Source: Massiliimalia sp. (GTDB taxonomy: Bacteria; Bacillota; Clostridia; Oscillospirales; Ruminococcaceae). From it: DNA of 64,000 nucleotides. Below are positions 8,983-18,915 of this stretch, piece after piece. Location: NCBI GenBank assembly GCA_050943535.1, contig JBMNPJ010000010.1, positions 28,916-92,915 on the forward strand, given 5' to 3'. The notes under the pieces are model-generated. The model searched no databases. It was not told the DNA's origin and saw only the letters and a list, made by a program, of their open reading frames with translations. A program made the position numbers and the translations under genes. Numbering within the stretch: position 1 is the stretch's first letter; each line of letters begins with the position of its first letter.

Positions 8983-11151
8983 ATGTCTAAAAATCATGAT
9001 GCCGGGGTATATACCAATCGGGAATTGAGCTGGCTTCAGTTTAACGAACGGGTACTGGAAGAGTCTGAGGATCTTTCTGTCCCTTTATATGAACGGCTGC
9101 GTTTTATTGCCATTTTCCAGAGCAACCTGGATGAATTTTTTATGGTTCGTGTAGGGAGCTTGTTTGACCAGTTTTTGCTGGACGAAACGGTATACGACTC
9201 CAAAACCAATATGACTGCGGATCAGCAGCTGTCCCATATTTTTAAACGGGTAAAAGAACTGCTGCCCCGCAAAGCCATTTCTTATTTGGAATTGTGGAAA
9301 CAGCTGGCACAACAGGGAATCCAGCATGTAAGCGTGCAGAAACTCACCGCAGAACAGCATGACTTTTTAAAACTCTATTTTGAAAAGGAAATTGCGCCGT
9401 TAATTTCTCCTCAGATTATTGATAAGCGGCAGCCATTCCCGTTTTTGAAAAACAAGGAAATTTACGTAGGGGTTCATCTGGCCAGTAAGAGCGGCAATGT
9501 GCGTTTGGGCATGATTCCTGCCAGCGGACATTTTAACCGGATGGTTTTCCTGCCCTGCAAAGAAGGCATCCAGTTTGTACTGGTAGAAGACCTGATCTGG
9601 CTGTTTGCAGAACAGGTGTTTAATAAACATCAGGTGCTGGATAAAACCATCTTCCGCATCACTCGAAATGCAGATATTGACGTGGAAGACGAAATGGTGG
9701 ACGTGGACTTTGACTACCGGGATGCCATGGAAAGCCTTTTGAAAAAGCGGAAAAAACTGGCTCCGGTGCGTTTGGAATTACATACTCAAATTAGCAATGA
9801 ATTAATGGGCTATATGTGCGACCAGCTGGGCGTAGCGCCGGAGCAGGTATTTGTAGATGCCTGCCCGCTGGATCTTTCCTATGTATTTGCCCTGGAAAAT
9901 AAGGTGAACAAAAATCATCCGGACCTATTCTTCCGTCCGGTGACTCCTCAGATTTCCAATCAGATCAACGAAAAAGAATCCATGATCGCTCAGATTGAAC
10001 GAAAGGACATTTTGTTCCATTATCCATACAATTCGATCAATCCGTTTATTTCTCTGCTCAACGAAGCGGCTACAGACCCCAATGTTATTTCCATTAAGAT
10101 TACCCTGTACCGGGTGGCCAAGGATTCCAAAGTGGTAAACGCTTTGATTAATGCGGCAGAAAACGGAAAAGAAGTCAACGTTGTGGTGGAACTGCGGGCT
10201 CGATTTGACGAAGAAAACAACATCGACTGGTCCAAACGTCTGGAAGAAGCAGGATGCAACGTAATGTACGGTCTGCCTGGATACAAGGTGCATTCCAAAC
10301 TGCTGCTGATTACCCGGAAGGTGGGCAATAAGATCGAGTATATCACACAGGTGGGAACCGGAAACTACAATGAAAAGACCTCCCGGCTGTACACCGACCT
10401 TTCTTTGATGACAGCCAAGAAAGAGATTGGCGCAGATGCTTCCGTTGTGTTCAACAGCCTGTTTATGGGGTCTGTGGTGGATTCTGTATCACAGCTTTTG
10501 GTAGCGCCTTTGTGCTTTAAGCCTCAGGTCATCAATTTAATTGACCAGGAAATCGCTTTTGCAAAACAGGGTCAGCCAGCACAAATTTTATTAAAGATGA
10601 ATTCTGTGACTGATAAAGTGCTCATTGACAAGCTGATTGAAGCATCCTGTGCAGGGGTGAAAATCAAGATGCTGGTGCGGGGAATCTGCTGTTTCAAACC
10701 GGGTATTCCGGGAATTACCGAGAATATTGAAGTATACAGCATTGTAGGACGGTTTTTGGAACACTCCAGAATTTTGGTATTCGGCATGGGCGAACGGCAA
10801 AAGATCTATATCTCTTCCGCTGACTTTATGACCCGAAATACCGAACGCCGGGTAGAGGTAGCGGCTCCCATTTACAGCGAAGCGTTAAAACAGAAAATTC
10901 TGGCGATTTTAGACCTGATGTTCCGGGATACTCAGAAAATCCGCAAACAGGGACCAGACGGCATTTACCGTCATATCGAAAACCCACAGGGAGCAAAACT
11001 GAATTCTCAGGAACGGCTGTATGCCATTGCCTATGAACAGGCTGAACAGGCTCAGAAAGCCAAAAAGGCGATGCCAGTGAAACCGGTGCCTCATCGCCGA
11101 TCTGCGGGAGGATGGCTCAGCCGCATTTTTAAAAATAAAAAAGGCAAGTAA
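8983..11151 (+). CDS. ppk1: Polyphosphate kinase 1
   Basis: NRELSWLQFNERVL, ELRARFDEENNI, KVHSKL, TGNYN, SIVGRFLEHSR and SADFMTRN motifs. Confidence 0.97.
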   Translation: MSKNHDAGVYTNRELSWLQFNERVLEESEDLSVPLYERLRFIAIFQSNLDEFFMVRVGSLFDQFLLDETVYDSKTNMTADQQLSHIFKRVKELLPRKAISYLELWKQLAQQGIQHVSVQKLTAEQHDFLKLYFEKEIAPLISPQIIDKRQPFPFLKNKEIYVGVHLASKSGNVRLGMIPASGHFNRMVFLPCKEGIQFVLVEDLIWLFAEQVFNKHQVLDKTIFRITRNADIDVEDEMVDVDFDYRDAMESLLKKRKKLAPVRLELHTQISNELMGYMCDQLGVAPEQVFVDACPLDLSYVFALENKVNKNHPDLFFRPVTPQISNQINEKESMIAQIERKDILFHYPYNSINPFISLLNEAATDPNVISIKITLYRVAKDSKVVNALINAAENGKEVNVVVELRARFDEENNIDWSKRLEEAGCNVMYGLPGYKVHSKLLLITRKVGNKIEYITQVGTGNYNEKTSRLYTDLSLMTAKKEIGADASVVFNSLFMGSVVDSVSQLLVAPLCFKPQVINLIDQEIAFAKQGQPAQILLKMNSVTDKVLIDKLIEASCAGVKIKMLVRGICCFKPGIPGITENIEVYSIVGRFLEHSRILVFGMGERQKIYISSADFMTRNTERRVEVAAPIYSEALKQKILAILDLMFRDTQKIRKQGPDGIYRHIENPQGAKLNSQERLYAIAYEQAEQAQKAKKAMPVKPVPHRRSAGGWLSRIFKNKKGK

Positions 11152-11191
11152 TTTCTGAATACAATCACGTAAAGTATAGCCAAAAAACAAC

Positions 11192-11228
11192 TGCGCCTAA
11201 GAAAAAGCATTTCTTTTTCTTAGGCGCA
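11192..11228. terminator. 16-bp hairpin terminator after ppk1
   Basis: tgcgcctaagaaaaag/ctttttcttaggcgca. Confidence 0.7.
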
Positions 11229-11275
11229 TCATTTTCATTTTATTTGATAGGGTTTATGAAAAAAGGGGGAAGAGG

Positions 11276-11791
11276 ATGAAATTATATATTACAGGATCGG
11301 TGGCAAGCGGAAAATCCACCCTTGCCCGACAGATTTCTGCCAAAACCGGGATTGTGTGCACCCATCTGGACGAGGTTGTGTACAAAAAAGCCCCTGAAAA
11401 TCCTCAGGGAGATGTAAAGCGGCCGCCGGAAGAACGGGACAGGCTGTTTGAGCAGGTGTTGGCACAGTCCGATTTTATTATGGAGGATGCAGGACGGGAA
11501 TGTTTTTTGCGTGGAATGGAACAGGCAGACCAAATTATTTTACTGGAAATTCCACTGTGGATTCGAAACAAGCGGATTGTGTGGCGATGGATGAAACAGA
11601 ATCTGGGGTTGGAAGACTGCCTTTACAAACCTGATTGGGTGATGCTAAAAGCCATGTTGGAATGGGCCAAAAACTATGACCGGGGAATAGACGGAACCAA
11701 AAGAAGAGTAGCCCAATATTCGGACAAGGTAATTGTTTTGAAAAACAACCGGGAAATCCGCAGATATTTATGGGAACAGTACCCTCGGTAA
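11276..11791 (+). CDS. P-loop kinase/ATPase, FlaR (topology modulation protein)-like
   Basis: ITGSVASGKSTLA Walker A, HLDE and adenylate-kinase-like layout. Confidence 0.7.
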   Translation: MKLYITGSVASGKSTLARQISAKTGIVCTHLDEVVYKKAPENPQGDVKRPPEERDRLFEQVLAQSDFIMEDAGRECFLRGMEQADQIILLEIPLWIRNKRIVWRWMKQNLGLEDCLYKPDWVMLKAMLEWAKNYDRGIDGTKRRVAQYSDKVIVLKNNREIRRYLWEQYPR

Positions 11792-12150
11792 TGATATTGC
11801 GTTCGTGTTCTGCCAGTTGGAAGATAAAAACAAGCGATTTCTGCTTTACTGACAGTGTATGCCCGTAGGCGATTGGCACTGGCGCTGCCCGGTGGGCTTA
11901 CGGCGGACGGTGTCCGCCGCCCTGTTTTGTGGGCAGCGCTGCCCACACCTGCGCCCTATTTTCTGAGGCCAGAAAATAGGGGGAAAGAGCCTTCCTCAAA
12001 CGCCGGAAGAGCTTACGGGGGGCGTGCTCCGGAAATATTTTGTTAGTCGCCCTGCCCCAGGAGATAGCCGAAGGCTTTCTCTCCTCCCAAAGTACAGTTT
12101 TTACATTTGGGGAAAATTTCTATTAGTGGAAAGCGCTGCGGCGCTAATCG
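11775..12150 (+). repeat. Composite repeat element between convergent genes
   Basis: Palindromic module (11798-11872), acacctgc hairpin module and ggggcgtgctccggaaatat..gaaagcgctgcggcgctaa module (12018-12148). Confidence 0.9.
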
Positions 12151-12220
12151 GTTCAATGAGTCTAGTGTAATTCTTTTATTTGTGCAATTCGCTAGTTTAC
12201 ATTACCTTTTTCTATAGACT

Positions 12221-13036
12221 TTACTGGCGAAGCCTTTTTGGGTCCAGGGGTGTGAACCCCTGGCGGCGGTATTCCCTGGGGGTAGTTTGAGTGTATTTGG
12301 AAAACGCCCGGTTAAAGGAACGGGGAGAAGAAAATCCGCAGCGAAATGCAATTTCGGTAATGGGCAGATCACTCATTCGCAGCATGCGGCAAGCATCAGA
12401 GATGCGCAGGGAACTGATATAGTCGGCAAAGGTCATATGCATTTTCTGCCGAAACAGGTGAGAAAGGTAGTATTTGCTTAAATGAAGCATTTGAGCCACC
12501 TGTTCCAAAGAGAGGTCTTCCAGATAGTGCTGGGAGCAGTAGGTGAGCACGTCGCCGATGGTGTTGCTTTTTTTGGCAGAGGTTTCGGTCAGTTCCAGCA
12601 TGTCAAACAGTTCGCTTAACAGCAGCAGAAAATATCCCCGGATGCGTTCCTGCTGAAAAGTGCCTGCATTCATTGCTTGAGAAATACCTTCCAGCAGAGG
12701 GAGAATCCGTGGATTGGAAGTGCCGCCAGAAATCACCGGAGAGACAGGCACTTTGTTTTGAAATAAGGGTAAAAATTCCGGACAAATTTCCGGCGGAAAA
12801 ATGCATAGAATGTGATGCTCTAATCCCATATTTTGATATTGATGGATCTGGTTGGAAAATACAAGAAAGATGTCTCCGCCTTTGATCACATACTCTTCGG
12901 AGTCTACAAAGGCGCGGGAATATCCGTCAAACAGATACACCAGCTCAATGTGGCTGTGAAGATGGGCATCAAATCCCAGGCTGGTGCCGTAGCTGAACTG
13001 AATATCCGGACTTCGATTTTCGTAGAAAAATTTCAT
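12221..13036 (-). CDS. AraC-family regulator with cupin sensor domain
   Basis: AHLHSHIEL cupin motif; LSKYYLSHLF and IAFRCGFSSPRSFNRAF HTH; second Met (13036) taken as start. Confidence 0.85.
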   Translation of the reverse strand: MKFFYENRSPDIQFSYGTSLGFDAHLHSHIELVYLFDGYSRAFVDSEEYVIKGGDIFLVFSNQIHQYQNMGLEHHILCIFPPEICPEFLPLFQNKVPVSPVISGGTSNPRILPLLEGISQAMNAGTFQQERIRGYFLLLLSELFDMLELTETSAKKSNTIGDVLTYCSQHYLEDLSLEQVAQMLHLSKYYLSHLFRQKMHMTFADYISSLRISDACRMLRMSDLPITEIAFRCGFSSPRSFNRAFSKYTQTTPREYRRQGFTPLDPKRLRQ

Positions 13037-13212
13037 GAAAGATACCGCCTTGCTCAAGAAACAATTTCCCGGGAAACAAAAAAGACAGCAATATTTGTCT
13101 GATTTTTCCCGGTTTATGACTTGTATTATAGCATTTTTGAGCCTAAAATACAAATAAACGGATTGAAAGCCGCATGGATGAAAATGCGGCAGAACAAAAG
13201 GAGGATACGATC

Positions 13213-14031
13213 ATGAAGTTTCCAATTGCGCTGCAATTGTATACCGTGCGGGATGACCTGGAACGGGATTTTGAAGGAACCTTAAGAAAAGTAAAAGCTT
13301 TGGGATATGATGGTGTAGAATTTGCCGGACTGTATGGCCATAAACCGGAAGAAATTAAAAACCTGCTGAGTGAAATTGGGTTAAAACCATTGTCTGCTCA
13401 TGTTCCTTATCTGGATTTAATGGGTGATCCAGATAAAGTGCTGGGGGATTATGCTGAGATCGGCTGTGAATATGTAGCAATCCCTTATTTGACCGATGAA
13501 TATCATCCTGGTCAGGAAAAATTCTTCGAAGTGATTGAAGGGGCAAAAATGCTGGGCGAAAAAGCAAATAGCTTGGGGATGACCCTTTTGTACCACAATC
13601 ACGACTTTGAATTTGAAAAAGTAAACGGGGAATATGCACTGGATCTGCTGTACCGGGAAGTTCCTGAAACACTGCTGAAAACCGAACTGGATACCTGTTG
13701 GGTGAAAGTAAGCGGAGTAAATCCAGCAGAATATATTCTGAAATACACCGGCCGTGCTCCAGTAGTACACCTGAAAGATTTTTATATGCCAGGCGCAAAA
13801 CCAGAACAGATGTATGAACTGATCGGCATTGAAGATGACGGCAAAAAGAGCCGGGAAGGCTTTGAATTCCGTCCAGTAGGAAGCGGTATGCAGGATTTCC
13901 CATCCATTCTCAAAGCAGCAGAACAGGCAGGCGCTCGTTGGGTTGTTGTGGAACAGGATGCTCCTTCCATGGAAAAAACTCCAATGGAATGTGCTCAGAT
14001 GAGCATTGAATATCTGCGCTCTTTGGCGTAA
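13213..14031 (+). CDS. TIM-barrel sugar-phosphate isomerase/epimerase (AP endonuclease 2 fold)
   Basis: LQLYTVRD, YHNHDFEF, ELDTCW, HLKD and VVEQD metal motifs; RBS ggagg. Confidence 0.85.
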   Translation: MKFPIALQLYTVRDDLERDFEGTLRKVKALGYDGVEFAGLYGHKPEEIKNLLSEIGLKPLSAHVPYLDLMGDPDKVLGDYAEIGCEYVAIPYLTDEYHPGQEKFFEVIEGAKMLGEKANSLGMTLLYHNHDFEFEKVNGEYALDLLYREVPETLLKTELDTCWVKVSGVNPAEYILKYTGRAPVVHLKDFYMPGAKPEQMYELIGIEDDGKKSREGFEFRPVGSGMQDFPSILKAAEQAGARWVVVEQDAPSMEKTPMECAQMSIEYLRSLA

Positions 14032-14064
14032 TAAATAGACAAACGAAAGAGAGGAAATAGCATT

Positions 14065-15213
14065 ATGTCAGATGCAGTATTAAATCAGTTTACTCCCCAA
14101 AATCACGATGAACCGGAAATTGATACTACCCACAAATTAAAATTCGGGATTATCGGAACCGGATGGATTGCAGAATCCCATGTAGAAAGCTTAAAACAGA
14201 TGCCGGATGTTGAAATTGTAGCAGGCGCTGATTTGATTCCGGGCAAAGCAGAAAAATTCTTTAAACGGTATGAACTGCCGGATGTACGCTGCTACCCAGA
14301 TCACAAATCCATGCTGGAAGCAGAAGAACTGGATGCAGTATGTGTCTGCACCTACAACTGTCAGCACGCAGTCTGCGCTATTGATGCACTGAAACGCGGT
14401 GTACATGTTCTGCTGGAAAAACCATTTACTGTAACTTTGGAAGAAGCTGCTGAAGTAATGCGTGCGGAAAAAGAATCCAGCGCAATTTTGTCCCTGGGCT
14501 TCCAGCCTCGTATGGACGACAACATGCAGATGATCAAAAAAATTGTAGATTCCGGAGAACTGGGTAAAATCTATTATATCCAGACCGGCGGCGGACGGAG
14601 AAGAGGAATTCCAAACAGCACCTTTATCGAAGAAAAAACCGCAGGGATCGGCGCTTTGGGCGACATTGGATGCTATTCTTTGGATATGGTGCTCAATGCC
14701 ATTGGTTATCCAAAACCGCTGACCGTTTCCGGTTATCGTTCCAGCTACTTTGGAACCAACCCGAAATACAACAACCCTGCTGATGCAGCACGGTTTAATG
14801 TAGACGACTTTGCAGCTGCTTTTGTTCGTCTGGAAGGGGATATTATTCTGGACTTCCGGATTGCATGGGCAATGCACATTGACACTCCAGGGGACACCAT
14901 TATTATGGGTACCGAAGGTGCTCTGCGGATTCCTTCTACAGAATGTTGGAACGGCACAGTAGGCGGACCAATGAAACTGTACCGGGATGTAGCCGGCAAA
15001 CAGGTAGAAATGGAAATTCCTCTGTGTCCAGAAGGGGACAGCTTTGGCGGACTGTTCTACAAGAAACTGCGTTCTTTTGCAGATGCCATTAAAAACGGCG
15101 GCGAAGCTCCAGTTCCATCCAGCCAGATTCTGTACAATCAGGCTATCATCGACGGAATTGTGAAATCTGCGAAAGCTGGCAGAGAAGTAGAAATTCAGAT
15201 TCCGGAAATCTGA
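14065..15213 (+). CDS. Gfo/Idh/MocA-family oxidoreductase
   Basis: GIIGTGWIA, VLLEKP and GALGDIGCYSLD motifs. Confidence 0.9.
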   Translation: MSDAVLNQFTPQNHDEPEIDTTHKLKFGIIGTGWIAESHVESLKQMPDVEIVAGADLIPGKAEKFFKRYELPDVRCYPDHKSMLEAEELDAVCVCTYNCQHAVCAIDALKRGVHVLLEKPFTVTLEEAAEVMRAEKESSAILSLGFQPRMDDNMQMIKKIVDSGELGKIYYIQTGGGRRRGIPNSTFIEEKTAGIGALGDIGCYSLDMVLNAIGYPKPLTVSGYRSSYFGTNPKYNNPADAARFNVDDFAAAFVRLEGDIILDFRIAWAMHIDTPGDTIIMGTEGALRIPSTECWNGTVGGPMKLYRDVAGKQVEMEIPLCPEGDSFGGLFYKKLRSFADAIKNGGEAPVPSSQILYNQAIIDGIVKSAKAGREVEIQIPEI

Positions 15214-15246
15214 GTTTATCTTAAAAAATAAAAGCAAATACATATG

Positions 15247-15282
15247 ACACGGTCTGCGTCCAATTGGCGCAGGCCGTGTTTT
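15247..15282 (+). terminator. Intrinsic terminator
   Basis: acacggtctgcg/cgcaggccgtgt stem plus T run. Confidence 0.7.
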
Positions 15283-15289
15283 ATCATCA

Positions 15290-15690
15290 GAGGGTCACAC
15301 CCCTGGCGGGTAGTACCCGCTGACAAAGACGCTACGCTCGTGTTCTGTCAGTTGGAAGATAAAAATAAGCGATTTTTGCTTTACTGACAGAGTATGCGCC
15401 GTAGGCGATTGGCTCCGGACACTGTCCGCTGACCACACCTGCATCCTTTCTTTTGACGCCCAAAAGAAAGGAAAAGAAAACGGCGCTTGGGGGCGTGCTC
15501 CGGAAATATTCGGTTAGTCGCACTGCCCCCAAGACCCCCAGGTACAGTTTACACATCTGAGGAAAACGGTTGTTTTGCAAAAAGCGCTGCGGCGCTAATA
15601 CTCTACTTATCGATTGTGTGGTAAAAGCTGGTGATTTTTACTTTCCTGACAGAACACGTGCCGTAGGCCAATTGCACCGGCGCTTCGCCG
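15290..15690 (+). repeat. Composite repeat element
   Basis: Palindromic module (15329-15406), acacctgc hairpin, ggggcgtgctccggaaatattcggttagtcgcactgccccc module and a second partial palindrome ending gccgtaggc (15660-15668). Confidence 0.9.
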
Positions 15691-15806
15691 GTTTTGAACA
15701 AAAAGCAAAGACTTCTCATACATTTTGAAAATCCGTCAAAAAACAGTTGACTTTTCCCATGCTTTAAGATACGCTGAAAGAAGAGTAATCCGAAGGAGGA
15801 GAATTT

Positions 15807-17006
15807 GTGAATCTGGATCGAAAAAACATGAAGCGGCTGATGCTGTTGATTGTGTTTGCCGTAGTGATTTTTTTAGGAATTCAGCACCTGTCTTTGGTAG
15901 GACAGGCGGGAATGTTTGTGCTGGAACTTTTGGCGCCTTTTTTGGTTGGGGGTGCCATGGCATTTATTATCAATGTTCCCATGCGCTTTTTAGAACGTGT
16001 GCTGTTTTCTAAAACCAAAAATAAAATTTTGAAAAAATTCAGCAGGATCTTAAGCTTTCTTTTGACGCTGATTTTGATTTTAGGGGTATTGGCAGTTGTC
16101 ATGTTTTTGATCCTGCCGGAACTGGGAAAAACCCTTTATTCCATCAGCGCTACCATCCCAGTTTTTCTGGCGCATATTCAGACCTGGGCGGAACAGCTGG
16201 CCAAAGAATACCCTCAGGCCGGGCAGTATCTGCAGAATATCCAGTTTGATATTGACTGGGAAAAACTGATTACCACCGTGTTCGGATTTTTGAAAAACGG
16301 GGTGGGCAGTGTGCTCAGCACTACAGTACAGGCGGTAAGCTCGGTTGCCAATGGGGTGTTTAATACCTTTGTTTCCTTTGTGTTTGCCATCTATCTGCTG
16401 ATGCAGAAAGAAAAACTGGGCGGACAGGTTCGCCAGGTGCTGCGGGCATTTTTACCGGAGCATCGGTCTCAACGGGTGTTGGAAATCACCCGGTTGACCG
16501 AAAGAACCTTTTCCAAGTTTTTGTCTGGCCAGTGTATGGAAGCCGTGATTTTAGGCACCATGTTCTTTGTTGCCATGAGCATTTTCCGGTTCCCTTATGC
16601 GCTTTTGGTTGGGGTGCTGATTGCAGTAACTGCTTTGATTCCGATTTTCGGGGCATTTATTGGATGTTTTGTAGGGGCGTTTTTAATTTTGATGGTGGAC
16701 CCCATGAAAGCAGTCTGGTTTGTAGTGATGTTTTTGGTGATTCAGCAGCTGGAGGGAAATCTGATTTATCCTCATGTGGTAGGCGGTTCTATTGGATTGC
16801 CGTCTATTTGGGTGTTGGTAGCAGTTACCTTGGGCGGAAGCCTGATGGGCGTTTTGGGAATGCTTTTATTTATCCCATTAAGTTCTGTTTTGTATACCCT
16901 GTTCCGTGAGATGGTGAAAAAACGGCTGAAAGAAAAAGAAACACCTGTATCCCCTGAACCGGAACTTGTTCCGGAATCCAGCGGGGAAACGGAAGCCAAA
17001 CAATAA
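15807..17006 (+). CDS. AI-2E family transporter
   Basis: Multiple TM segments; IPIFGAFIG and QQLEGNLIYPHVVG motifs; GTG start with RBS ggaggag. Confidence 0.9.
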   Translation: MNLDRKNMKRLMLLIVFAVVIFLGIQHLSLVGQAGMFVLELLAPFLVGGAMAFIINVPMRFLERVLFSKTKNKILKKFSRILSFLLTLILILGVLAVVMFLILPELGKTLYSISATIPVFLAHIQTWAEQLAKEYPQAGQYLQNIQFDIDWEKLITTVFGFLKNGVGSVLSTTVQAVSSVANGVFNTFVSFVFAIYLLMQKEKLGGQVRQVLRAFLPEHRSQRVLEITRLTERTFSKFLSGQCMEAVILGTMFFVAMSIFRFPYALLVGVLIAVTALIPIFGAFIGCFVGAFLILMVDPMKAVWFVVMFLVIQQLEGNLIYPHVVGGSIGLPSIWVLVAVTLGGSLMGVLGMLLFIPLSSVLYTLFREMVKKRLKEKETPVSPEPELVPESSGETEAKQ

Positions 17007-17217
17007 TTATTTTTTCTGTCCATATTGTCTTTTTCCTCTTGTGCAGGGAAAAGGATTGTGGTATTATTACCTGTGCCTGAACCTGAGGGCACTTTGTGAA
17101 ACAGATTTGCCGGCTTTTTATAGACTGTGAAAAAGGAAATTCGGCAAATTACGGGGAATGCGCAAACGTTTGAACTTGGTGCACATCCTCGGGAAATGTT
17201 CAGAAAGAAAGGACGAA

Positions 17218-18507
17218 ATGATCATGAACGCAGCAATTCCTGCAATTTTACAGCAAAAAGCAAAAGAACTGAAAGCTTATTATGAAGCTCATTTTCCGGC
17301 ACTGGCACCTTTGGCAGAACAGTGCTTTCTCAATACCATCCAGACAACGGTAAAACAGTTGGATGACGGAAGCTATTTTGTCATTACCGGGGATATTCCG
17401 GCTATGTGGCTGAGAGATTCCGCAGCACAGGTAAAGCCGTACATCAAATATGCGGCAGAAGATGCAGATTTGCAGAAGATTCTGGAAGGTGTCATCGCAA
17501 AACAGGCAGAATGTGTATGCATCGACCCGTATGCCAACGCATTTAACGAAGGCCCTTTGGATGTGGGCGCACCGGATGACACCTGGCTGGACAGCCGGGT
17601 ATGGGAACGGAAATACGAGGTAGACTCCTTGTGTGCACCGTTATATCTGTCTTATGAATACTGGAAAACTACCGGAAAAGAAACCATTTTTACCAAGACC
17701 TTTTTGGATATGCTCCGTAAAATTCTTCATACTTTTACAGAAGAACAGGATCATTCCCGTTCCAGCTATTATTTCCGTCGGAGCGACTGCCCTCATTCTG
17801 ATACCCTTACCAATCGCGGAAAAGGCCGTCCGGTCAATGTTACCGGCATGACCTGGTCTGGATTCCGTCCGTCTGATGATGCCTGCCGGTTTGGATATCT
17901 GATTCCTTCCAACATGATGGCATATGTGGCTTTGGGATACGGAGAAGAAATGCTCCGTCAGGTATACCATGATGAAAAACTGGCAGAACAGTATGCGTTT
18001 CTGCGGGATGAAATCTACTGGGGAATTGAAGACTATGCTGTGGTGCATCATCCAAAATACGGAGAAATGTATGCTTACGAAACCGATGGTTTTGGAAACT
18101 ATAATCTGATGGATGACGCAAACTCTCCAAGCCTGCTCGCAATGCCATATCTGGGATTCTGTGGCAAAGACAATGCCCGTTATCAAAACACCCGTGCGTT
18201 TATCCTGTCTAAGGACAATCCTTATTTTGCAGAAGGGGCTTTGGCAAAAGGCGTAGGCAGCCCGCACACACCGGAAGGATATGTATGGCATATTGGAATT
18301 ACCATGCAGGCACTGACTTCAAACAACCGGGAAGAAATTCTCGCCTGTCTGAAAATGCTGTCTCAGACCCATGCGGGAACCTGCTTTATGCATGAGTCTT
18401 TCCATCCAGATCGTCCGGAAGAATTTACCCGTCCTTGGTTTGCTTGGGCAAACACCCTGTTTGCACAGCTTTTGGATCAGCTGAAGGACGAAGACTTTTT
18501 TGAATAA
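17218..18507 (+). CDS. GH125 exo-alpha-1,6-mannosidase-like glycoside hydrolase
   Basis: TGDIPAMWLRDS, ERKYEVDSL, SGFRPSDDA, MDDANSPSLL and FTRPWFAWAN motifs. Confidence 0.92.
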   Translation: MIMNAAIPAILQQKAKELKAYYEAHFPALAPLAEQCFLNTIQTTVKQLDDGSYFVITGDIPAMWLRDSAAQVKPYIKYAAEDADLQKILEGVIAKQAECVCIDPYANAFNEGPLDVGAPDDTWLDSRVWERKYEVDSLCAPLYLSYEYWKTTGKETIFTKTFLDMLRKILHTFTEEQDHSRSSYYFRRSDCPHSDTLTNRGKGRPVNVTGMTWSGFRPSDDACRFGYLIPSNMMAYVALGYGEEMLRQVYHDEKLAEQYAFLRDEIYWGIEDYAVVHHPKYGEMYAYETDGFGNYNLMDDANSPSLLAMPYLGFCGKDNARYQNTRAFILSKDNPYFAEGALAKGVGSPHTPEGYVWHIGITMQALTSNNREEILACLKMLSQTHAGTCFMHESFHPDRPEEFTRPWFAWANTLFAQLLDQLKDEDFFE

Positions 18508-18521
18508 TAAACTCCAAGAAC

Positions 18522-18554
18522 AAAGCGCAGATCACAAATCGTGGTCTGCGCTTT
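18522..18554. terminator. Intrinsic terminator after GH125
   Basis: aaagcgcagatcac/gtggtctgcgcttt. Confidence 0.7.
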
Positions 18555-18591
18555 AGCTTGTCGATCAAGTATATATTAAGAAAAAGTTGCA

Positions 18592-18745
18592 CCACCAGGG
18601 GTTTACACCCCTGGACCCGAAGAGGCTACGCTCGTATTCTGCCAGCTGAGAGGAAATTACCACATATTTTCGCTTTACTAACAAAGTTCGCGCCGAAGGC
18701 TATTTGCTCCGGCTCTTAGCCGGTTGTCCCACCGCCAGGTGGTTT
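18592..18745 (+). repeat. Repeat element (ccagggg..acacccctggaccc module plus palindromic module)
   Basis: gaggctacgctcgtattctgccag-32 nt-ctaacaaagttcgcgccgaaggc; ends ccaccgccaggtggtt as at 48-63. Confidence 0.9.
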
Positions 18746-18867
18746 GTGTTTTTAGGCAAAAAATTAAAATAAATCGTAAATATTTTCTATCTTTTTACCT
18801 TTCCTCAGTGTATAATGAAAAAGATACTGGGAGTGTTTTTCAAAAATTGGTATCAAATCATAAAAGC

Positions 18868-18888
18868 AAAACCGGATGATCCGGTTTT
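18868..18888. promoter_or_regulatory. Perfect 21-bp palindrome AAAACCGGAT-G-ATCCGGTTTT, probable operator
   Basis: Lies between TATAAT (18811-18816) and the RBS of the ROK gene. Confidence 0.5.
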
Positions 18889-18915
18889 TATTTTCAGGAA
18901 AGTGAGACTGATGAT

